64,000 bases of DNA. Source: Callorhinchus milii. Lineage: Eukaryota. This document shows positions 45,884 through 64,000 of this stretch, one piece after another. The position numbers were made by a program, and so were the translations under genes. The stretch is from the NCBI RefSeq assembly GCF_018977255.1, contig NW_024705135.1, forward strand, positions 1 through 64,000, written 5' to 3'. The notes beneath the pieces are model-generated. The model did not search any database, was not told the origin of the DNA, and saw only the letters and a list, made by a program, of their open reading frames with translations. Numbering within the stretch: position 1 is the first letter of the stretch; the number at the start of each line of letters is the position of its first letter.

Positions 45884-46120
45884 GATGGCGGCGGCGGCGG
45901 CGGGTGGGGGGCGACTGAGGCGATGGCGCTCGCGCTCGGGCGGACGAAACTCTTCCCGCCCGTCCCGACGTGACGCAACCGAACCTGACTGACGCACGCG
46001 CCGGCCAATCAATCAGCCACGCGCTGCGGCCGCGGTCTGGGAGTCACGACCAATCAGAAGGAGAGGAGTGGGTGAAGAGGGCGGGAGCTCAGCCACAGCC
46101 CCGCCCCCCCCCCAGCAGCA
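45740..46120 (-). promoter_or_regulatory. YIF1B CpG-island promoter / first-exon region
   Basis: CpG-rich; CCAAT at ~46005 and ~46050; CRE palindrome TGACGTCA at 45742-45749; GCCGCCATC just upstream of the ATG. Confidence 0.6.
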
Positions 46121-46885
46121 GCAGCACGTTTGGTTGGTTTGGTTTGGTTGAGCGGCACAGTGTGTTGGGCTGATTTGGGCGGTTTTCACGCCCAATTGGG
46201 CTTTTTTTTATGGTGTTATGTATGGGGAGGCTTCGAGACGTCTCAAAGCGCTTCACAGGATACAGTGTAAAGTGAGAGACCTGAGTTTATTTCCAGGCAG
46301 GTCAGGGCGAAACCTCGGGCAAGTTTCCTTACTCCACACAGAGCCTAATAATAATCCTCCAAATCCAAAAACAATAATAAATTGGTCATTTTCAATCTAC
46401 GACTGTTTGTGGGACATTGCTGTGCGCAATTGGCTGCCGCGTTCGCCCACAAATATACAGTCAATTCACTTTACAGTGTGTTCTGTGAAGCGCTTTGGGA
46501 AGTCCTCCTGACGTGAAAAGCGCTATATCAAATGCAAGGATTATTATTATTATTATATTATTATTATTAATTGTGTATTTTGTGAGCGAAACACAGGAGT
46601 CAACTGCGCACAGCGACGTCCCACAAACAGCCGTGGATTGATGTGTTCCCTCAAACGCACCTCTCAGCGATCTCAGCGTCTCCTGTCCTTCACCTAACTG
46701 TTTACCTTTGTCTTTCCCATCCTCTTTTACCATTTGTCCTTATCAACTGTTCCCTCCAACATCCCCCAGTTCAGCCAAAAGGTCATGGACCTGGAACGTT
46801 AATCCACTTTCCTCTCTTCATAGATGCTGCCTGACCTGCTGAGTGTTCCCAGTGAGTTCTGTTTTTTTTTACTCAATATCCAAAC

Positions 46886-46891
46886 TTTATT
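46886..46891 (-). terminator. Probable GEMIN7 polyadenylation signal AATAAA
   Basis: TTTATT on + strand, ~500 nt after the restored GEMIN7 stop. Confidence 0.55.
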
Positions 46892-47391
46892 AGGTTTTTA
46901 CAAATGTTAAGTCGTCAAAAGAAACACACTTAAAAACACATATAACAACAACATGCATTCACGCGGGATAGCGCCCCGGAGCGCGTGAATACACATATTA
47001 AAGTTCATTTAAACAAAAACAGCAATTCCTGAGGCAGTCGGTTCGCAGACCGGAAGTGCCAGTCAATCACAGCCGAGACAAACGGAAAGCGAAGGAAAAA
47101 CAAAAAGAAATGCTGACACCCTGGCACTTAAACAGACTCTCCTGAACACGATCTCCTGTCTTGTGGGATTCCTGTATCCCTCACCCCAATAGGGATACAA
47201 TATATAGTTTGGGATACGACATGTCAACTGCTGCCAGGATGATGGAAGGCAAACTGGATGGACTTTGGCGAGCGAATTCTTATGCTCTTCTTTGCTCAAA
47301 TACTTTGACCTGAAGACTCTTGGTTTGAGGCTCAATGAAACCTGGTCTGGTGGGAGTACAGTCAGTTTCCGAGGTGGGGGTGCGTCAAAGA

Positions 47392-47774
47392 TTAAAGCTC
47401 AAAGGTATACGAGATGATGTCAGAGCACCTCAGCAGCGCTTCTTTCTGAACCCCTAATGGCGTTGCAGGTTGGAGACTTGGAAGTTCAGGATGTCTATGT
47501 CCGAGGCTCCGAATGTGGCGTTGACTTTGACTCGCTCGTACATGGTGAGGTGGAGCGGCCTCCCCACTGCCCCCAGTAGGCTCCGCAGGAAGCCCTCCCT
47601 CAGCGCCGAGCGAGTGCTCTGCTCCCGTTCCAATTGCCAGCCGGAGTTGCCGACGTCAGAGGCCTGGATGGAGGAGGGCGAGAGCGCGAGAAACCGGGGA
47701 GAATTGGGGTCAAAACCTCGGCTGTGCCCGTCCGGTCCCCGGGGAAGCCGCAAAACCGCCACCGTGGACGTCAT
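47392..47774 (-). CDS. GEMIN7: Gem-associated protein 7 (SMN complex), single coding exon; 1-bp frameshift at ~47463 as assembled
   Basis: Acceptor ttctccacag precedes ATG at 47774. It reads MTSTVAVLRLPRGPDG..RSALREGFLRSL..FGASDIDILNFQVSNLQ, and the conserved end TPLGVQKEALLRCSDIISYTFEL* follows in another frame. Adding one A (CAAACG) restores a 127-aa protein. Confidence 0.88.
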
Positions 47775-47869
47775 CACTGTGGAGAAGAGAGTGAGCACTA
47801 AAACTGCATCAAACATCCTTTGCAAACCATCCACATTCTTCCCACTCGGCTCCTGTTAACCAGAGATCC

Positions 47870-48190
47870 TGGAGTCCTGTAGTTCAGTGATTAGAGCACT
47901 CGCTTTGCAAGTGAGAGACCCGAGTTCAATTCCAGGCAGAGGGCCAAACCTCGGGCAAGTTTCCTTACTCCACACAGAGCCTAATAATAATCCCTCCAAA
48001 ACCAAAAACAATAAATTGGTCATTTTCAATCTACGACTGTTTGTGGGACATTGCTGTGCGCAATTGGCTGCCGCGTTCGCTCACAAATATACAGTCAATT
48101 CACTTTACGGTGTGTTCTGTGAAGCGCTTTGGGACGTCCTCCCGACGTGAAAAGCGCTATATCAAATGCAAGGATTATTATTATTATTAT
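47870..48190 (+). mobile_element. tRNA-Ala-like SINE, short subfamily lacking the central core
   Basis: Head GGAGTCCTGTAGTTCAGTG.TTAGAGCACTCGC.TTGCAAG with an Ala(TGC)-like anticodon loop. Closely related copies at ~46285-46565(+), 48405-48720(+), 42095-42410(-) and 29365-29665(-). Confidence 0.8.
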
Positions 48191-49532
48191 CTCCTCGGAG
48201 CTGAACTGGCCCCAAGGTGACGAGTTTTGGGAACGGAATGTCAGAATCGAGCCACCCCCTCTGTGACGGTCTCTGGTCCCCGGTTCCTGAGCCAAGAGGG
48301 GCCGCAATATCCCGGTGCACTCACTGCTGATGACAGCACAGCCCATCGGCAGGACCTGGAAAGGCCGATCAGTCACTGGGGGCAGGGAATCCTCCCCCTC
48401 AGCTCCTGGAGCTCAGTGGTTAGAGCACTCGCCTTGCAAGCGAGACACCTGGGTTCAATTCCAGGCAGAGGGCGAAACCTTGGGCAAGTTTCCTTACTCC
48501 ACACACCTAATAATAATTCCTCCAAAATAAAACAGTAATAAATGGTTCATTTTCAATCTACGGCTGTTTGTGGGACAGGCATTGCTGTGCGCAATCGCCC
48601 GCTGCGTTTTGCCCACAATTATACAGTCAATTCACTTTACAGTCTATTCTGTGAAGCGCTTTGAGACATCGAGAAGACATGAAAAGCGCTATATCAAATG
48701 CAACGATTGTTATTATTAACCCTACAGCCCACTCACCAACTAACGGGGAGGGGGTCCGAGCGGGACACGCAGCGGGAAAGCTCGGCCAGACAGCGCTCGC
48801 TCTCTCTCTCTCTCTCTCTCTCGATGGCTGAGCTGTGTGTGGGGTTAGTTGGTCAGACCCCAACAGTTACCCCCCAACACACACTCTGCCCCCCACGCCC
48901 CCCAAGCCTTGGCTCTCCCCATCCTGCGCCTAATACTGTCCGGAATTAGGTAAACAGGGGACGTCCCTCCAGGGAGAGAGAGAGAGAGTAAATAAAATGA
49001 ATTAATATAAGTGTAAAAGCTAAAATAAGAGGAACTGAATGAATTTAAAGGAACAAATAAACTGAGAAACTCCACACTCACCTCAGCCTCTGTAGGTCCC
49101 TCACTAACACCTTCCCCCACGCCGCTCAGTGTCCCGCACACAAATGCTTCCCCGTCAACCACCAAGTCCCCCAACATTAGTTCCTAGGCCCTCAGTTTAT
49201 ACAGTATTTGTGGGGACGTCGCCGGGCGCAGCGTTTCACCCACAAAACACACAGTCACCACACTTTACAGTGTATCCTATGAAGCGCTTTGAGCCGTGAT
49301 TGACAAGGCGATGTATCAAATGCCAGTATTATTATTATTATGGTAACTTGACTTTATATATTGCATAAACATAGTTGTTTTTAAGTTAAGGCTTGGTTGT
49401 TTTATGTGCTGTTGCACTCTATGATTCTGTTGGGGGGGGAGAAGGCGATGGATCAGCTCCTACTGTCCCCTGGTCAGACAATGGCAAGTGTGGGTCAATC
49501 AATGATAAAGTTGCCCATTCCACAGCCCGGAG

Positions 49533-49895
49533 GATGCTGGGAATTGTAGTTCACGTGTTCCACAAGGTTATGCCTACATTTCCCATGGTGCACAGCGAGG
49601 CGGGGAGGCTTCACCCACTCGCACACCCAAAAGTCAAGCAAGCACTACAATTCCCGTGGTACCTCACGACTGCGCAGGCTCAGTGAGGACTAACGACTAC
49701 ATCTCCCGTGATGCACAGGAAGGGCGGGGTGGCTTCACGCACGCGCACGCAGTACACACTGCAATTCCCATGGTGCACCGTGCCTGCACAGGCGTAGCGA
49801 GGGAGACACGACTACGTTTCCCATGATGCATAGCGGAGTCTGGCTAAACGCAAGTGCATGACGTCAAGTCAACACTACGTTTCCCAGGGTGCCTC
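49533..49895. promoter_or_regulatory. GEMIN7/SYMPK bidirectional promoter with a cluster of ZNF143(Staf)/THAP11-type ACTACAnnTCCCA motifs
   Basis: Seven motif copies starting at 49533 (- strand), 49573, 49644, 49696, 49758, 49811 and 49874, just upstream of the SYMPK ATG. A candidate GEMIN7 5' UTR donor (GAG|GTGAGT) lies at ~49081 on the - strand. Confidence 0.75.
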
Positions 49896-49973
49896 GGGGG
49901 GGCAGGGCATGCGCAGTGGTTCCCTCACCCAGAGACCGGCTCGCGCCCAGGCCTCACAGCCGCCAACCGGGAC

Positions 49974-64000
<14,027 letters not shown>

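Noticed and set aside
47775-47834. Hydrophobic N-terminal extension of the GEMIN7 ORF resembling a signal peptide
   Set aside because: It lies almost entirely upstream of the splice acceptor at 47777, so it is intronic; the start is ATG 47774.
47870-47945. tRNA-Ala-like sequence (and many similar copies)
   Set aside because: It runs directly into a SINE body and lacks a proper 3' acceptor stem, so it is a SINE head, not a tRNA gene.

Overview
This is gene-dense, repeat-rich vertebrate genomic DNA with two assembly gaps (827-968 and 25292-25504). The repeat content (tRNA-Ala-headed SINEs with L2-type tails, Deu-domain relics, shark-type CR1 3' ends) points to a cartilaginous fish, possibly a holocephalan such as elephant shark; that is an inference. 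I reconstructed seven genes exon by exon from splice sites and reading frame: the 3' part of a DMPK-type kinase (+), EML2 (-), SNRPA/U1A (-), ACTMAP/C19orf54 (+), YIF1B (-), GEMIN7 (-, with a 1-bp frameshift as assembled) and most of SYMPK (+). Their human orthologues all lie on 19q13.2-q13.32. Almost all long ORFs in the supplied track are artefacts of simple repeats or LINE fragments. I found no clearly new biological system. The strongest signals are: a U1A PIE autoregulatory RNA element with a divergent first box; two U12-type introns; two bidirectional promoters built from tandem repeats (CCAAT pairs; seven ZNF143/SBS motifs); a SINE variant with tandem 44-bp tRNA-half arrays at three loci; large inverted repeats inside EML2; a duplicated EML2 acceptor fused to a (GAT)n tract; and the GEMIN7 frameshift.
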